From: Candidatus Omnitrophota bacterium
GTDB taxonomy: Bacteria; Omnitrophota; Gorgyraeia; JAHJTE01
Length of the DNA: 64,000 bases
Reading direction: 5' to 3'
Assembly: GCA_018830005.1 (NCBI GenBank)
Contig: JAHJTE010000004.1
Span: forward strand, 16,792-80,791
Shown here one piece after another: positions 27,999 through 39,464 of this stretch. Both the position numbers and the translations under genes were made by a program. Each line of letters opens with the position of its first letter. Position 1 is the stretch's first letter. The notes under the pieces were generated by a model. It had not been told where the DNA came from. It made no database searches and was given only the letters and a program-made list of their open reading frames with translations.

Positions 27999-28751
27999 TT
28001 ATCTTGTTAAAATAGCGTTTCCTCTTTCAGTTATTAATACGCAGTGTTCGAAATGAGCAGATGGAAACCTGTCTTTAGTTACTGCTGTCCAGCCATCTGA
28101 GAGAATCTCAACAGGATGTGCGCCCATATTGACCATCGGTTCAATCGCCAGGACCATCCCGGCCTTTAATTGTTCTCCCATATGAGGTTTTCCGAAATTC
28201 GGTATCTGCGGGTCCTCGTGTAATTTCTTGCCTATGCCGTGACCAACAAATTCCCGAACTACTGAAAACCCCCTTGAAGCCACAAAGCTTTCTACGGCAT
28301 TAGATATATCTGAGACAAAATTTCCCGGCCGGGCCTTATCAATTGCCTTTGCTAGAGCCTTTTTAGTAACTCTAACTAAATCTACGATTCGGCGATCAAC
28401 ACGCCCAACCAGACAGGTGATTGCAGCATCAGCAAAATAGCCTTGATATTTAACGCCCACATCAATGCTTACAATATCACCTTCTTTTAAAACTCGCCCA
28501 GATGGAATAGCGTGAACTACCTCTTCATTAACACTTGTGCAGATATTAGCAGGATATCCCTCATAGCCTTTAAATGCTGAAACAGCGCCACATTCTTCAA
28601 TTATCGCTAATGCGTAATTCTCTAATGCGACCGTTGTAATCCCAGGGCTGACCTTCCTTCCGATGCCTTTTAGCAGACTTGCCACAATCTTTCCGGCTCT
28701 GCGCATCAGCTCTATTTCTTCAGCAGTTTTTATAGTAATCATTTCAAACAA
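27999..28751 (-). CDS. map: Methionine aminopeptidase type I
   Basis: 250 aa with metal ligands in DIVSIDVG, HGIGK and EPM. Confidence 0.9.
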   Translation of the reverse strand: MFEMITIKTAEEIELMRRAGKIVASLLKGIGRKVSPGITTVALENYALAIIEECGAVSAFKGYEGYPANICTSVNEEVVHAIPSGRVLKEGDIVSIDVGVKYQGYFADAAITCLVGRVDRRIVDLVRVTKKALAKAIDKARPGNFVSDISNAVESFVASRGFSVVREFVGHGIGKKLHEDPQIPNFGKPHMGEQLKAGMVLAIEPMVNMGAHPVEILSDGWTAVTKDRFPSAHFEHCVLITERGNAILTR

Positions 28752-29389
28752 CTAAAAAACTTTTCTAACTGAGTAAGTGCATCCTCTGCACTTAAATCCC
28801 CGGAAACCTCTTTAAGTTTTTCTTTTTTTTGGTAGTATTCTACTAAATCTTTAGTCTGCTGTTCGTAAGTCTTTATTCTGTTCTTAATGGTTGAGAGCTT
28901 ATCATCGTCACGCTGAATGAGCCTTCCACCGCAATTATCACAGATGCCCTCATTTTTAGGCGGTAAATTCTTTATATGGAAATTGACACCGCAATCCTTA
29001 CATACCCTGCGACCAGAAAGTCTCTGTATTATTGTCTCTTCTGATGCCTTTAAATATATCACCCAGTCAATAACTGTTGAAAGTTTCTTCAATATTGCAT
29101 CGACTGCTATTGCCTGTTGGATGTTCCTGGGAAAACCATCCAATATAAAGCCTTTTCCAGCATCAATAGCTTCAAGCTTGTTTTCAACCAGCAACGTTAC
29201 TAAATTATCAGGGACCAATACGCCTCTGTCTATATAAGATTTGGCCTCTTTTCCTAAAGAGGTCTCATTGCGCACTGCCTGCCTTAATAAATCCCCTGTT
29301 GAGATATGCGGTATATTGAATTTCTTGCTTAAAAGCACTGCTTGCGTGCCCTTTCCTGCGCCTGGAGAGCCAAGAAGAATTATCCTCAT
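28739..29389 (-). CDS. adk: Adenylate kinase with Zn-ribbon lid
   Basis: GSPGAGKGTQA P-loop. CKDCG...CDNCGG lid. Confidence 0.92.
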   Translation of the reverse strand: MRIILLGSPGAGKGTQAVLLSKKFNIPHISTGDLLRQAVRNETSLGKEAKSYIDRGVLVPDNLVTLLVENKLEAIDAGKGFILDGFPRNIQQAIAVDAILKKLSTVIDWVIYLKASEETIIQRLSGRRVCKDCGVNFHIKNLPPKNEGICDNCGGRLIQRDDDKLSTIKNRIKTYEQQTKDLVEYYQKKEKLKEVSGDLSAEDALTQLEKFFSCLK

Positions 29390-30738
29390 CGCGTCCGCCC
29401 TCTAATCTGACCGGATTTCATAAAGCCTTCGTAATTACGCATTAGAAGTTGAGATTCGATCTGCTTAGCAGTATCAAGTAAAACACCGACTACAATTAAG
29501 ATCCCTGTTCCTCCAAAAAAGGAAGCAATCAAGTAAGGAATCTCAAGCCAGGCCATTATTAAATCAGGAAATACAGCAATAAAGACAATAAACATTGCAC
29601 CCGCTAAGGTAATTCGAGTCATAACAAAGTCAAGATAATCTGATGTTGGCTTTCCCGGTCTTATCCCAGGAATAAAGCCTCCATATTTTTTCATGTTATC
29701 TGAAATGTCAATAGGGTTGAATACAATGGCTGTGTAAAAATAGCAGAAAAACATAATTAAACCTGCATATACCAAGGTATAGAGAAAATGTCCCCTAACT
29801 AAACTTTGCGCCAAACGTTGAAAGGCAGGATTAGGTATAAAAGAAGCTAAGGTCGCAGGAAACAGGATTATTGATTGCGCGAATATAATAGCTATTACTC
29901 CTGACATATCAACTCGTAAGGGCAAGTAAGTACTTTGACCTCCATAAATTTTTCTGCCCACAACCCTGCGCGCATACTGAACAGGTATTTTGCGCTGGCC
30001 CTGAGTAATAAAGGCAACAGCAAATATTACTCCAAATAATATAAAAGGTAAGATTAAAAGCTTAGCCGGATTACCAATTACTGCCTGTGCAGCCGCCCCT
30101 GGATTAACTAAAAGATACAACTGATACAAGGCCGAGGGAATTCTAGAAATTATGCCTACAGTAATAATCAATGAGATTCCGTTTCCGATTCCCCTTTCCT
30201 GTATTTGCTCCCCTAACCACATAACAAAAAGCGTTCCTGCAGTCAGGGTAATTACAGTAACAAAGCGAAAGATCAATCCTGGATTTGAAACGATCTGTAG
30301 GTCTTGAAAGCGTGCAGGATTTTCCAACCATAGCGCAATGAAGAATCCTTGAACTACAGCCAACAAGACTGTTCCGTAGCGCGTAAGCTGGGTTATCTTC
30401 TTTTGACCCTCTCTACCTTCCTTTGCAATTCGCTCCAAGGCAGGGATTACTGCTGTTAAGAGCTGTAGAATAATTGAAGACGAAATATAAGGCATGATCC
30501 CGAGAGCAAAGATTGTCAATCTGCTTATCGCACCACCTGAGAACATATTCATTATGCCAAAGAGCGTACCGCCTTGAGTCTGGCTCATCCTTTCAAAAAA
30601 TTGTGCTAAGGCCGAGCTATTAATTCCAGGCGTCGGTATAAAAGAGCCAATTCTATAAACAAAGATAATCCCCAGAGTAAAGAGGATTTTCTTTTTTAAA
30701 TCGGGTATTTTAAAACAGTTGGCAAAGGAAGAAAGCAT
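29386..30738 (-). CDS. secY: Preprotein translocase subunit SecY
   Basis: 450 aa, 10 TM. Confidence 0.92.
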   Translation of the reverse strand: MLSSFANCFKIPDLKKKILFTLGIIFVYRIGSFIPTPGINSSALAQFFERMSQTQGGTLFGIMNMFSGGAISRLTIFALGIMPYISSSIILQLLTAVIPALERIAKEGREGQKKITQLTRYGTVLLAVVQGFFIALWLENPARFQDLQIVSNPGLIFRFVTVITLTAGTLFVMWLGEQIQERGIGNGISLIITVGIISRIPSALYQLYLLVNPGAAAQAVIGNPAKLLILPFILFGVIFAVAFITQGQRKIPVQYARRVVGRKIYGGQSTYLPLRVDMSGVIAIIFAQSIILFPATLASFIPNPAFQRLAQSLVRGHFLYTLVYAGLIMFFCYFYTAIVFNPIDISDNMKKYGGFIPGIRPGKPTSDYLDFVMTRITLAGAMFIVFIAVFPDLIMAWLEIPYLIASFFGGTGILIVVGVLLDTAKQIESQLLMRNYEGFMKSGQIRGRTR

Positions 30739-30743
30739 TCTAT

Positions 30744-31184
30744 TTATTTAACTATCTTACCACCGGCTTCTTCAACTTTTTTGATTGCGTTAGCTGAGAA
30801 CTTGCATCCTTTAAAGACAAAAGAGCGCGACAACTTACCATCGCTTAATATCTTGACTGGTTTCTTATCAGACTTAATAAGACCTGCCTCTTTTAAGAAA
30901 CTAGGTGTAATCTCTTCAATTTCTTTTTTAATATTTTTACTAATAGCCTCCAAGCTTACTATCTGGTAAATATGCTTCTTATATACATTAAAACCAACCT
31001 TTGGCAGCTTCCTCATAAGCCGCGTCTGTCCACCAGCAAAACCAAGATAGGTTGTTCTGCCTGTTCTTGCCTTATGTCCTTTATGCCCCCGAGTTGATGT
31101 TTTACCATGGCCAGAAGAACTGCCGCGACCAACCCTCTTTTTTCTCTTTTGCCTAATCCTTGGTCTCAATTGATTAATTAACAT
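30744..31184 (-). CDS. rplO: 50S ribosomal protein L15
   Basis: 146 aa. RVGRGSSSGHGKTS. Confidence 0.92.
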   Translation of the reverse strand: MLINQLRPRIRQKRKKRVGRGSSSGHGKTSTRGHKGHKARTGRTTYLGFAGGQTRLMRKLPKVGFNVYKKHIYQIVSLEAISKNIKKEIEEITPSFLKEAGLIKSDKKPVKILSDGKLSRSFVFKGCKFSANAIKKVEEAGGKIVK

Positions 31185-31185
31185 T

Positions 31186-31656
31186 TTAAACCTTTGCAGC
31201 CTTCAGCTTTAAAAAGCCAGTGATGGTGGCCTTAGTAACATTAATCGGGTTATTTGACGTTAGACACTTAGTTAAGATATCCCTAATCCCCGCAGCCTCA
31301 CAAACCGCTCTTACGCAACCAGCGGCAATAACACCGGTTCCGGGCCTTGCAGGCTTGAGCAATACTCTTGCAGCACCGTATCGACCTATAATTGTATGAG
31401 TAATAGTCTTCTCAACCATCGGTACAGTTATCATTGCATTTTTTGCCTTACTAATAGATTTACGAATCGCGCTTGCTACTTCGTTCGCCTTCTCTAGCCC
31501 AAGACCAACGTGGCCCTTTCCATCACCCACAACAACCAGGGCGTTAAAATTAAGCTTTTTACCGCCTTTGGTTACCTTGGTTACGCGATTAATGCTTATA
31601 ACTTTTTCAATAAGTGCTTCTTGGCTTTGAGTTTCTTGTTTTTTAGCTTCTGTCAT
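31186..31656 (-). CDS. rpsE: 30S ribosomal protein S5
   Basis: 156 aa. Directly abuts rplO, so no L30 gene lies between them. Confidence 0.92.
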   Translation of the reverse strand: MTEAKKQETQSQEALIEKVISINRVTKVTKGGKKLNFNALVVVGDGKGHVGLGLEKANEVASAIRKSISKAKNAMITVPMVEKTITHTIIGRYGAARVLLKPARPGTGVIAAGCVRAVCEAAGIRDILTKCLTSNNPINVTKATITGFLKLKAAKV

Positions 31657-31657
31657 T

Positions 31658-32017
31658 TTAGAATTCCAACCCTGCCTTTCTTGCGGCCTCTGCTAAGGCC
31701 TTTATTCTTCCGTGATAAGGTCGATCTCTTCTATCAAAAACAACCTTGCTGATGCCTTTTTCTTTTGCTCGTTGAGCCAGAATCCCACCAAGCATATCTG
31801 CTGCTTTAGTGTTGCCGCCATATACATTAGCACCCTTTAATTTTTTATCTAAAGTAGAGGCGCTAAGCAAGGTACTATGATTTTCATCATCAACGAGCTG
31901 AACGAATATGTTTGATAATGTTCTAATGACGGCGAGTCGCGGCCTCTGTTTCGTGCCGCATATCTTAACCCTTGTTCTAATCTGTCTTTTAAGTCGCCTT
32001 GTCTTTTTATCTCTCAT
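31658..32017 (-). CDS. rplR: 50S ribosomal protein L18
   Basis: 119 aa. Confidence 0.9.
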   Translation of the reverse strand: MRDKKTRRLKRQIRTRVKICGTKQRPRLAVIRTLSNIFVQLVDDENHSTLLSASTLDKKLKGANVYGGNTKAADMLGGILAQRAKEKGISKVVFDRRDRPYHGRIKALAEAARKAGLEF

Positions 32018-32025
32018 AGCTTGAT

Positions 32026-32565
32026 TTATTTAGATACAACCTTACCTACTTTTCTACGAACCTTTTCGTCAGTATAACGGATGCCCTTACCTTTATAAGG
32101 CTCAGGAGGAAAAATATGTCTAATCTCTGCTGCTATCTGGCCGACACGTGCCTTATCCATACCCTCAATAGTAATTTTATTCTGTTTACCAACCTGAACC
32201 TTAATGTCATCAGGAATCGGAAAATTTACCGGGTGTGAAAAACCCAATTGCATATTGAGCACCTTACCCTGCACCTGAGCACGAAAACCAACACCAACAA
32301 TTTCTAGCTCTTTAACAAAACCTTTCTCTACGCCTGCAATCAAATTAAAAGCCAGGCTTCTTGCCAGGCCATGTAGAGATTTACTGCTTTTGGTATCATT
32401 GGGTCGAGACAAAATTAATCTATCTTTATCGACCTTGGCAGTAATTGGCAAAGGAATGTTAAGAGCTTGCTTTCCTTTTGCGCCGCTGGCAGTTATGACC
32501 TGCTTAGAAATTTCGACTTTTACTTCTTTTGGAATAGCTATTGGTTTTTCGCCTACTCGTGACAT
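32026..32565 (-). CDS. rplF: 50S ribosomal protein L6
   Basis: 179 aa. Confidence 0.92.
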   Translation of the reverse strand: MSRVGEKPIAIPKEVKVEISKQVITASGAKGKQALNIPLPITAKVDKDRLILSRPNDTKSSKSLHGLARSLAFNLIAGVEKGFVKELEIVGVGFRAQVQGKVLNMQLGFSHPVNFPIPDDIKVQVGKQNKITIEGMDKARVGQIAAEIRHIFPPEPYKGKGIRYTDEKVRRKVGKVVSK

Positions 32566-32585
32566 CTTTCTGTCCTATTGTTAAC

Positions 32586-32981
32586 TCACCAGACGGATAG
32601 AATAATCTCACCGCCTATTTTCATCTCTCTGGCTTCTTTATTGGTTACAACACCTTTAGAGGTAGTGAGAATTGCCAAACCCAGTCCATTTAATACCTTG
32701 GGTATTCTCTTAGCATGAACATATCTTCTCAAGCTAGACTTAGAAACACGCTCTAATCCGATAATGGCTGATTTTCCTTCGGAATCATACTTTAAATAAA
32801 CGCGAATTAACTTCGGAGTTTGACCTTCTAAGACCTTAAGGTTACTAATATAATTTTCACGCTTTAATATCTCTAAGATTGACAATATAAGATTATTCTT
32901 AATTACATCGACAGTTTCTTTTTTGATCATATAAGCGTTGCGGATTACTGTCAGTGTATCAGCGACTAAATCTGTCCTCAT
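32586..32981 (-). CDS. rpsH: 30S ribosomal protein S8
   Basis: 131 aa. Confidence 0.92.
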   Translation of the reverse strand: MRTDLVADTLTVIRNAYMIKKETVDVIKNNLILSILEILKRENYISNLKVLEGQTPKLIRVYLKYDSEGKSAIIGLERVSKSSLRRYVHAKRIPKVLNGLGLAILTTSKGVVTNKEAREMKIGGEIILSVW

Positions 32982-33034
32982 TGATTCTCCTCATAATAAA
33001 CAACTAGTGTACTTTAGAGCAAAACCCTTTCATC

Positions 33035-33220
33035 TTACCAACTTGCCTTTTTTACTCCGGGAATTTGACCTTTCCAGGCGAGTTCACGGAAACAAATTCT
33101 ACATAAATTAAATCTACGCAAATATCCGCGTCTCCTGCCGCAAATGCGACAACGATTATATTTTCGTGTGCTAAATTTTGCTGTCTTACTCCATCTTTCA
33201 ATTTGTGATTTTTTTGCCAT
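33035..33220 (-). CDS. rpsZ: 30S ribosomal protein S14 type Z (zinc-binding)
   Basis: 61 aa. [20 protein letters not shown]. Confidence 0.92.
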   Translation of the reverse strand: MAKKSQIERWSKTAKFSTRKYNRCRICGRRRGYLRRFNLCRICFRELAWKGQIPGVKKASW

Positions 33221-33781
33221 TTAGCTTGCCTTACCTTGTGTTTGAAAGGGCATTCCAAATAATCTCAACAATTCTCTGGCCTCTTCCTTTGCCTTGGCAG
33301 TTATGCAGATAGTTACGTTCATTCCTTGCGAAAATTCAATCTTATCATATTCAATTTCAGGAAAGATTAGCTGTTCTGCAATGCCAAATGAATAGTTACC
33401 AGCCTCATCGAAGGAATTCTGCGAGAGGCCGCGAAAATCCCTAATACGAGGAAGCGCAATATTGATTAGTCGGTCGAGAAATTCATACATCCTGGCTCGA
33501 CGCAAAGTCACCTTTAACCCCACAGGATGACCTTGCTTTATTTTAAAATTAGATACCGCCTTTTTAGCGCGTCTTTTAATTGGCTTCTGACCGGTTATAG
33601 TAGCAAGATCAGCCATGGCCACATCAAGAAGCTTAATATCATCTACAGCCTCACCCACCCCCATGTTGACGACAATCTTGCTAATATGCGGCACAGACAT
33701 AGAATTCTTATAACCGAATTTTGACTGTAACTGCGGGACTATTTCTTTTGTGTATTTTTCTTTTAATCTAGGTTTATTCAT
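33221..33781 (-). CDS. rplE: 50S ribosomal protein L5
   Basis: 186 aa. Confidence 0.92.
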   Translation of the reverse strand: MNKPRLKEKYTKEIVPQLQSKFGYKNSMSVPHISKIVVNMGVGEAVDDIKLLDVAMADLATITGQKPIKRRAKKAVSNFKIKQGHPVGLKVTLRRARMYEFLDRLINIALPRIRDFRGLSQNSFDEAGNYSFGIAEQLIFPEIEYDKIEFSQGMNVTICITAKAKEEARELLRLFGMPFQTQGKAS

Positions 33782-33785
33782 GAAT

Positions 33786-34097
33786 TTATATTGTATTGTT
33801 GCATTTAATGCATAGTCGAGTTTTTGACTTATCCTTTAAAGTTCCGATTTTAACACGTACAGGCTTATTACATTGCCTGCAGAGGATCATGAGATTTGAT
33901 AGGCTAACTGGATTCTCCTTTTCTATAATGCCGCCCTTTTGATTTTCTTGAGTCCGACGCATATGCTTCTTAAAGAAATTAATCTTTTCTACGATCGCCT
34001 TCTGGTTTTGTGAAAAGACCCTTAAGACCTTTCCCGTCTTTCCCCTATCTTTACCGGAGATTACCTTTACTATATCGCCTTTTTTTATCTTATCCAT
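33786..34097 (-). CDS. rplX: 50S ribosomal protein L24
   Basis: 103 aa. KOW motif [20 protein letters not shown]. Confidence 0.9.
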   Translation of the reverse strand: MDKIKKGDIVKVISGKDRGKTGKVLRVFSQNQKAIVEKINFFKKHMRRTQENQKGGIIEKENPVSLSNLMILCRQCNKPVRVKIGTLKDKSKTRLCIKCNNTI

Positions 34098-34118
34098 TAC
34101 TGCACCGTTGGAGGAATT

Positions 34119-34487
34119 TTATATAACCTCAGGGGCCAAAGAAATTATTTTCATAAAGTTTTTATCACGTAATTCTCTGGCTACCGGCCCAAAAACCCTA
34201 GTACCCCTTGGATTCAATTGGGCATCTATTATTACAACTGCATTCCTATCAAATGTGACATAGCTACCATCGTTGCGGCAAATCTTCTTTTTCGTTCTAA
34301 CCACAACTGCTGTAACAACCTCTCCCTTTTTTACGGCAGCATCTGCAATCGATTCCTTTATATTGACTTTGATAATATCACCAATGAATGCAAATTTTTT
34401 GCCCCTGCGCCCTAATACACCAATACAAGAAGCAATTTTTGCCCCTGTATTATCGGCGACATCAAGTCTTGAACGTAGTTGAATCAT
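34119..34487 (-). CDS. rplN: 50S ribosomal protein L14
   Basis: 122 aa. Confidence 0.92.
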   Translation of the reverse strand: MIQLRSRLDVADNTGAKIASCIGVLGRRGKKFAFIGDIIKVNIKESIADAAVKKGEVVTAVVVRTKKKICRNDGSYVTFDRNAVVIIDAQLNPRGTRVFGPVARELRDKNFMKIISLAPEVI

Positions 34488-34518
34488 AACTTTTAATAAA
34501 TTTAATTACTAGCTATTG

Positions 34519-34770
34519 TTATTTAATAATTTCTACCAGGCGCCATCGCTTATCTTTAGAAAGCGGACGCGTCTCCATAATCCTGACAGTATCCCCAACA
34601 TTGGCCTCATTCTTTTCGTCATGGACCTTGAATTTTTTATTCTGGCCTACGAGACGTTTATAGCGAGCATGGAACTGCACAGTTGAAACACGCACCACTG
34701 CTGTCTTATTCATCTTATTGCCTATTACAACACCGGATAATACTTTTCTGCTATGTCTTTTTTTGTCCAC
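34519..34770 (-). CDS. rpsQ: 30S ribosomal protein S17
   Basis: 83 aa. Overlaps rpmC by 20 nt. Confidence 0.9.
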   Translation of the reverse strand: MDKKRHSRKVLSGVVIGNKMNKTAVVRVSTVQFHARYKRLVGQNKKFKVHDEKNEANVGDTVRIMETRPLSKDKRWRLVEIIK

Positions 34771-34963
34771 TTTCTTCTTGCTCCTGCTCTTTTAATAACG
34801 TTTGAATTCTGGCAACGTCTTTTTTTAGCAACTTGAATCTATGAGGCTTTTCAACACGGCCGATCTTTCTCTGGTAATTCAGCTTAAAGATTTCCTCTTT
34901 AAGCTGAGTCTCCTTTGTGAGCAATTCGTCTTTATTTAAATTACGTAATTCTTCAATCTTCAT
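34751..34963 (-). CDS. rpmC: 50S ribosomal protein L29
   Basis: 70 aa. Confidence 0.88.
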   Translation of the reverse strand: MKIEELRNLNKDELLTKETQLKEEIFKLNYQRKIGRVEKPHRFKLLKKDVARIQTLLKEQEQEESGQKKT

Positions 34964-34967
34964 GGTA

Positions 34968-35381
34968 TTAATGCATTCTTGTTAAAAATTTAGTTCGAAT
35001 CGGTAGTTTGTGGGCAGCAAGACTTAGGGCCTGTCTGGCAAATTCCTTTGGGACTCCACCTAACTCAAATAATACCCTGCCCCTTCTTATAACAGCAACC
35101 CAGTGGTCTAATTCTCCCTTACCCTTACCCTGTCTGGTTTCAGCTGGTTTCTTGGTTACGGATTTATCCGGAAATACCCTAATCCAGAGTTTACCGCCGC
35201 CTCTTAGCTGTTTGGTCAAAGTAACCCTTGCCGATTCCAGTTGATTATTTTTTAGATAACCATTCTCCAATGCCTTTAGTCCAAATTCACCAAAATTAAT
35301 TGACGTTCCGCGGGCAGCCTCTCCCCGGCGAGAACCCCTTTGGGCCTTACGATATTTAACTCTTTTAGGCATAAGAACCAT
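34968..35381 (-). CDS. rplP: 50S ribosomal protein L16
   Basis: 137 aa. Confidence 0.92.
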   Translation of the reverse strand: MVLMPKRVKYRKAQRGSRRGEAARGTSINFGEFGLKALENGYLKNNQLESARVTLTKQLRGGGKLWIRVFPDKSVTKKPAETRQGKGKGELDHWVAVIRRGRVLFELGGVPKEFARQALSLAAHKLPIRTKFLTRMH

Positions 35382-35398
35382 GGTGGAACCTCTAAATC

Positions 35399-36073
35399 TT
35401 ACTGTTTAGCGCTTTCTGGTTTACCTTCGGATACCTTGCCAACGCCAGGAATAATATCACCTTTATAAACCCACACCTTTATACCAATCAAACCATATGT
35501 TGTAAGTGCTTCAGTAAATCCATAGTTGATGTCTGCACGAAAGGTCTGTAAGGGAATCTTGCCTTCTTTGTAAGTCTCTCTTCTTGCAATTTCAGCTCCT
35601 CCCAGCCTTCCGGCACAACTAATTTTTATGCCTTTTGCACCACTATTTATTGCCTGATCAATAGCCCTTTTAATTGCCCGCTTGAAAGCAATTCTTTTAA
35701 CTAGCTGAAAGGATATATTTTCGGCGATCAATTGTGCATCAGCTGCCGCGTTTTTAATCTCCCCAATTTCAATATTGAACTCCTTCTTGACAATATTACC
35801 GAGTTCGTTACGTAGCCTCTCAATCTCAGAGCCATGACGACCAATTATGACTCCGGGTCTTGCTGTATTGATTCTGATATTTAACTTATCGGACATTCTT
35901 TTAATTTCAATGCTCGAGACCGCTGCCTGAGAAGTGCGTTTTTTTATGAATTTCCTTATCTGATAGTCTTCTTGAATAAATTTTGGATAATCCTTCTTAT
36001 TGGCATACCAAGGAGATATCCAATCCTTTATTATACCGATCCTTAAAATCAACGGATGTACTTTTTGACCCAA
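35399..36073 (-). CDS. rpsC: 30S ribosomal protein S3
   Basis: 224 aa with KH domain. Confidence 0.92.
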   Translation of the reverse strand: MGQKVHPLILRIGIIKDWISPWYANKKDYPKFIQEDYQIRKFIKKRTSQAAVSSIEIKRMSDKLNIRINTARPGVIIGRHGSEIERLRNELGNIVKKEFNIEIGEIKNAAADAQLIAENISFQLVKRIAFKRAIKRAIDQAINSGAKGIKISCAGRLGGAEIARRETYKEGKIPLQTFRADINYGFTEALTTYGLIGIKVWVYKGDIIPGVGKVSEGKPESAKQ

Positions 36074-36081
36074 AACTCCTC

Positions 36082-36414
36082 CTATTTAATTACGTCTAAT
36101 TCCAAATTAATATGGCTCGTCCTCTTTCTAATCCTCATTGCCCGACCGAAAGAAGCAGCCCTGTATCTCTTCCAGGTTGATGCCCCATCAACAACGAATT
36201 TTGAAATAAATAGCTGTTGGGCAGTCAAGCCTTTTACCTTTGCATTGGCAATAGCAGAATTAACTAATTTAATAATTGGTTCCTTAGAACCACGCGATAT
36301 GCTCTGCAAGATTGCAAGGACTTCAATTACAGGTTTTCCTCGAAGCAGATTAACAACCTCACGTACCTTACGTGGTGCAATTCGAACAAATTTTAATGAC
36401 GCCTTTGCGACCAT
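36082..36414 (-). CDS. rplV: 50S ribosomal protein L22
   Basis: 110 aa. Confidence 0.92.
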   Translation of the reverse strand: MVAKASLKFVRIAPRKVREVVNLLRGKPVIEVLAILQSISRGSKEPIIKLVNSAIANAKVKGLTAQQLFISKFVVDGASTWKRYRAASFGRAMRIRKRTSHINLELDVIK

Positions 36415-36439
36415 GATAAACTTCCATCCTTAAGTCTGT

Positions 36440-36727
36440 TTATGTCTTTTCAGGTCCTTTCTTTGCCTTTACGCCGCCATGTTTACGGAATGTACGCGTT
36501 GGTGCGAATTCTCCTAACTTATGCCCAACCATATTCTCGGTAATAAAAACTGGAATGTGCTTCCTGCCATCATGGACAGCAATTGTAAGGCCTACAAAAT
36601 CTGGAGTTATGGTTGAACGACGACTCCATGTCTTTATTGGTTGCCTGGAGCCCATCCTTCTAGCCTTCTCAACCTTTTTCTCCAATTTCTCGTCAACAAA
36701 CGGACCTTTTTTAATAGATCTAGACAT
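36440..36727 (-). CDS. rpsS: 30S ribosomal protein S19
   Basis: 95 aa. Confidence 0.92.
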   Translation of the reverse strand: MSRSIKKGPFVDEKLEKKVEKARRMGSRQPIKTWSRRSTITPDFVGLTIAVHDGRKHIPVFITENMVGHKLGEFAPTRTFRKHGGVKAKKGPEKT

Positions 36728-36736
36728 TTTTATTAG

Positions 36737-37570
36737 TTAGTTAATTCGTTTTATAATGAATTTATCTGAATATTTCGTCTTTTTTCTTGTCTTAAAACCT
36801 TTCGTTGGTTTTCCCCAAGGGGTTACAGGATGAGGATTACCTTGTCCTGCCTTACCTTCGCCTCCACCATGAGGATGATCAATGGGGTTCATTGCCACTC
36901 CACGAACCGAAGGTCTTATGCCAAGCCAGCGCCGTCTACCTGCCTTTCCATACATTAAAGAACTATGTTCACTATTACTTACATTTCCAATCGTCGCCAT
37001 ACAATCTAGACCAACGAGCCTTAATTCTCCCGAAGGCAATTTAACTTGAGCGAATTTCCCCTCCTTAGCAGTAATCACAGCTGATGAACCTGCACTGCGA
37101 ACAATTATGCCTCCAAGGCCACGTCTTAGCTCAATATTATGTATGGGCGTACCAGGTGGTATCAACTTTAGTGATAAGCAATTGCCTATCTTAATTTCAG
37201 TATTTGGATTCTCGCTTGCCAGGACTTGATTTCCTTCAACTAAACCAGTCGGCGCAATAATATAGCGTTTCTCGCCATCTTCATATTTAAGTAATGCGAT
37301 TCTTGCGCTTCGATTCGGATCATACTCAATAGCAATAACTATTGCAGGCATATCTCTTTTATCGCGCTTAAAATCAATAATGCGATATTGACGCTTACGG
37401 CCGCCGCCTCGATGCCTAACAGTAATGCGGCCAAGACTATTCCTGCCACCACTTTTTCTAAGGTCTGTGCAGAGGCTTTTCTCTCTCTTTTTCTTGGTTA
37501 ACCCATCAAAGCCTGAAGTTATAGTCCATCTGAGAGCAGGTGTTACTGGTTTATATTTTTTTATAGCCAT
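36737..37570 (-). CDS. rplB: 50S ribosomal protein L2
   Basis: 277 aa. Confidence 0.92.
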   Translation of the reverse strand: MAIKKYKPVTPALRWTITSGFDGLTKKKREKSLCTDLRKSGGRNSLGRITVRHRGGGRKRQYRIIDFKRDKRDMPAIVIAIEYDPNRSARIALLKYEDGEKRYIIAPTGLVEGNQVLASENPNTEIKIGNCLSLKLIPPGTPIHNIELRRGLGGIIVRSAGSSAVITAKEGKFAQVKLPSGELRLVGLDCMATIGNVSNSEHSSLMYGKAGRRRWLGIRPSVRGVAMNPIDHPHGGGEGKAGQGNPHPVTPWGKPTKGFKTRKKTKYSDKFIIKRIN

Positions 37571-37583
37571 AATAAATTATAAG

Positions 37584-37865
37584 TTAAGTGGTCTCTATTT
37601 TTTGACCCTCTACTAAAGTTACGGTTGCCCTTTTCCAATCAGGGGTTTTTCCATACTGATAACGCACTTTCTTCAATTTACCAGGACAAATTTGAGTATT
37701 TATCTTTTTTACTTTAACTTTATAAATTTGCTCAACTGCCTTTTTTATTTGCAGTTTGTTGGCATATTTTGCAACCCAAAATAGATATTTGCCATATGGC
37801 TCTAAGTAAGACGTGCCTTTTTCTGTACGTACAAGACTCTTGATTATGTCAAATCTAGTTATCAT
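37584..37865 (-). CDS. rplW: 50S ribosomal protein L23
   Basis: 93 aa. Confidence 0.9.
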   Translation of the reverse strand: MITRFDIIKSLVRTEKGTSYLEPYGKYLFWVAKYANKLQIKKAVEQIYKVKVKKINTQICPGKLKKVRYQYGKTPDWKRATVTLVEGQKIETT

Positions 37866-38506
37866 TTTATTCTATCCACTATTTTTTGCAAAGCTGCCTT
37901 TGTAAGGACAAGCCTCTTAGATTTCAGAACGTCGTAGGCGTTAACATTAGAAGCCAATTTTACTTCTAAAAAGGGAATATTCCTTGCTGCAAACAGTATA
38001 TTCTCATCAGATTCTGACAAAAGTAATAATACCTTATTTTTGATATTAAGCGTAGTTAAAATAGAAAATAAAAGTTTGGTTTTTGGTTTTTCGATTTTTA
38101 ATTTGTCTAAGATGGTTATTGCCTTTTCATTAAACCTATCAATTATTGAATGCCTTAGAGCTTCTCGCTTTAACCTTTTGGGAATGCTGTAATGGCTGTT
38201 GCGCGGTATGGGGCCAAAGGCAACGCCACCGCCTTTCCATATTGGATTTCTATTGGAACCTACCCTGGCCCTGCCAGTTCCTTTCTGACGCCAAGGCTTA
38301 GCACCACCACCAGAAACATCACCCCTATTTTTAGTAGCTGCCAATTTGCATTTTTCATTGTTTTGATACATTGAAACTGCCCTATGCAACAAGAAGGGCT
38401 TAACGTCTACATCCGAAAATATCTTCGGCAGCTTAATCTTGTCTATTTCTTTTCCGCTAATATCCTGTAGCGCTATTTCTTTTGCTAAAACCTTATTTTG
38501 TTTCAT
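37862..38506 (-). CDS. rplD: 50S ribosomal protein L4
   Basis: 214 aa. Confidence 0.92.
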   Translation of the reverse strand: MKQNKVLAKEIALQDISGKEIDKIKLPKIFSDVDVKPFLLHRAVSMYQNNEKCKLAATKNRGDVSGGGAKPWRQKGTGRARVGSNRNPIWKGGGVAFGPIPRNSHYSIPKRLKREALRHSIIDRFNEKAITILDKLKIEKPKTKLLFSILTTLNIKNKVLLLLSESDENILFAARNIPFLEVKLASNVNAYDVLKSKRLVLTKAALQKIVDRIK

Positions 38507-39161
38507 TGTCTTTTATTTGTCCATGCTTCTTTATTGCCTTTTGAATTACAAGCAGGTTATTCTTATGTCCTACCACAGCGCCTTTCACAACCAATAGATT
38601 ATCTCCCGCCACCACTTCTATAACCTTAATATTTTGTGTGGTTACTTTTCTGTTGCCCATATGTCCGGGCATATGATGGCCTTTAACAACGCGAGATGGA
38701 TAGGCACTTGCACCTATTGAACCAACACGACGATGGCTAGTTGAACCATGCGTTTTGAATCCACCCGCCCAATGCCAGCGCTTCATACCTCCTTGAAAAC
38801 CTTTCCCAATAGAGGTCCCTCTTATGTCAACATAGTCACCTTTTTTAAAAATATCGGCGGTGATTTCGGAGCCAATTGCCGGCACTTCTTTAGAAGAAAA
38901 TTTTACTTCTTTGATAATCCTTTTAGGTGCAACCTTTATTTTTCGAAATTGCCCTAATTGTGGCTTCTTGATGCGGTTTTCTTTAGAAGTCTTTTTTACA
39001 TCCTCAAATCCCAACTGAAGCTTAAAAATATCACCCTTTGAATAGCTTTTAAGTACTACGCAGGGACCGGCCTCAATCAGGGTTACAGCAATGCATGTTC
39101 CATTCTCATCGAAAACCTGCGTCATGCCAAGCTTTCTTCCTAAAATGCCACAAGTTTGCAT
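38493..39161 (-). CDS. rplC: 50S ribosomal protein L3
   Basis: 222 aa. Confidence 0.92.
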   Translation of the reverse strand: MQTCGILGRKLGMTQVFDENGTCIAVTLIEAGPCVVLKSYSKGDIFKLQLGFEDVKKTSKENRIKKPQLGQFRKIKVAPKRIIKEVKFSSKEVPAIGSEITADIFKKGDYVDIRGTSIGKGFQGGMKRWHWAGGFKTHGSTSHRRVGSIGASAYPSRVVKGHHMPGHMGNRKVTTQNIKVIEVVAGDNLLVVKGAVVGHKNNLLVIQKAIKKHGQIKDNETK

Positions 39162-39164
39162 ATC

Positions 39165-39464
39165 TTATTTGATCTCCACATCAACACCAGAAGGAAGGTT
39201 GAGCTTCCTTAAGGCATCCACTGTTTTTGCTGTAGGCTCTATTAGCTCAATTAAACGCTTATGCGTGGCCAGTTGAAATTGTTCTCTGGCTTTCTTGTCA
39301 ATCACCGGAGACTTTAGAACAGTATAGAGCTCTTTTTTGGTAGGCAAGGGAATCGGACCTGAAACCTTTGCCCCCGTTCTTTTTGCTGCCTCAACAATTT
39401 CAATTGTTGATTGATCCAGCAATCGGTGATCAAATGCCTTAAGACGTATCCTTATCTTTTGCAT
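39165..39464 (-). CDS. rpsJ: 30S ribosomal protein S10
   Basis: 99 aa. Confidence 0.92.
   Translation of the reverse strand: MQKIRIRLKAFDHRLLDQSTIEIVEAAKRTGAKVSGPIPLPTKKELYTVLKSPVIDKKAREQFQLATHKRLIELIEPTAKTVDALRKLNLPSGVDVEIK

Noticed and set aside
33052-33258. 68-aa ORF overlapping rpsZ in another frame
   Set aside because: It is an alternative frame within and around the well-supported zinc-ribbon S14 gene. It has no independent support.
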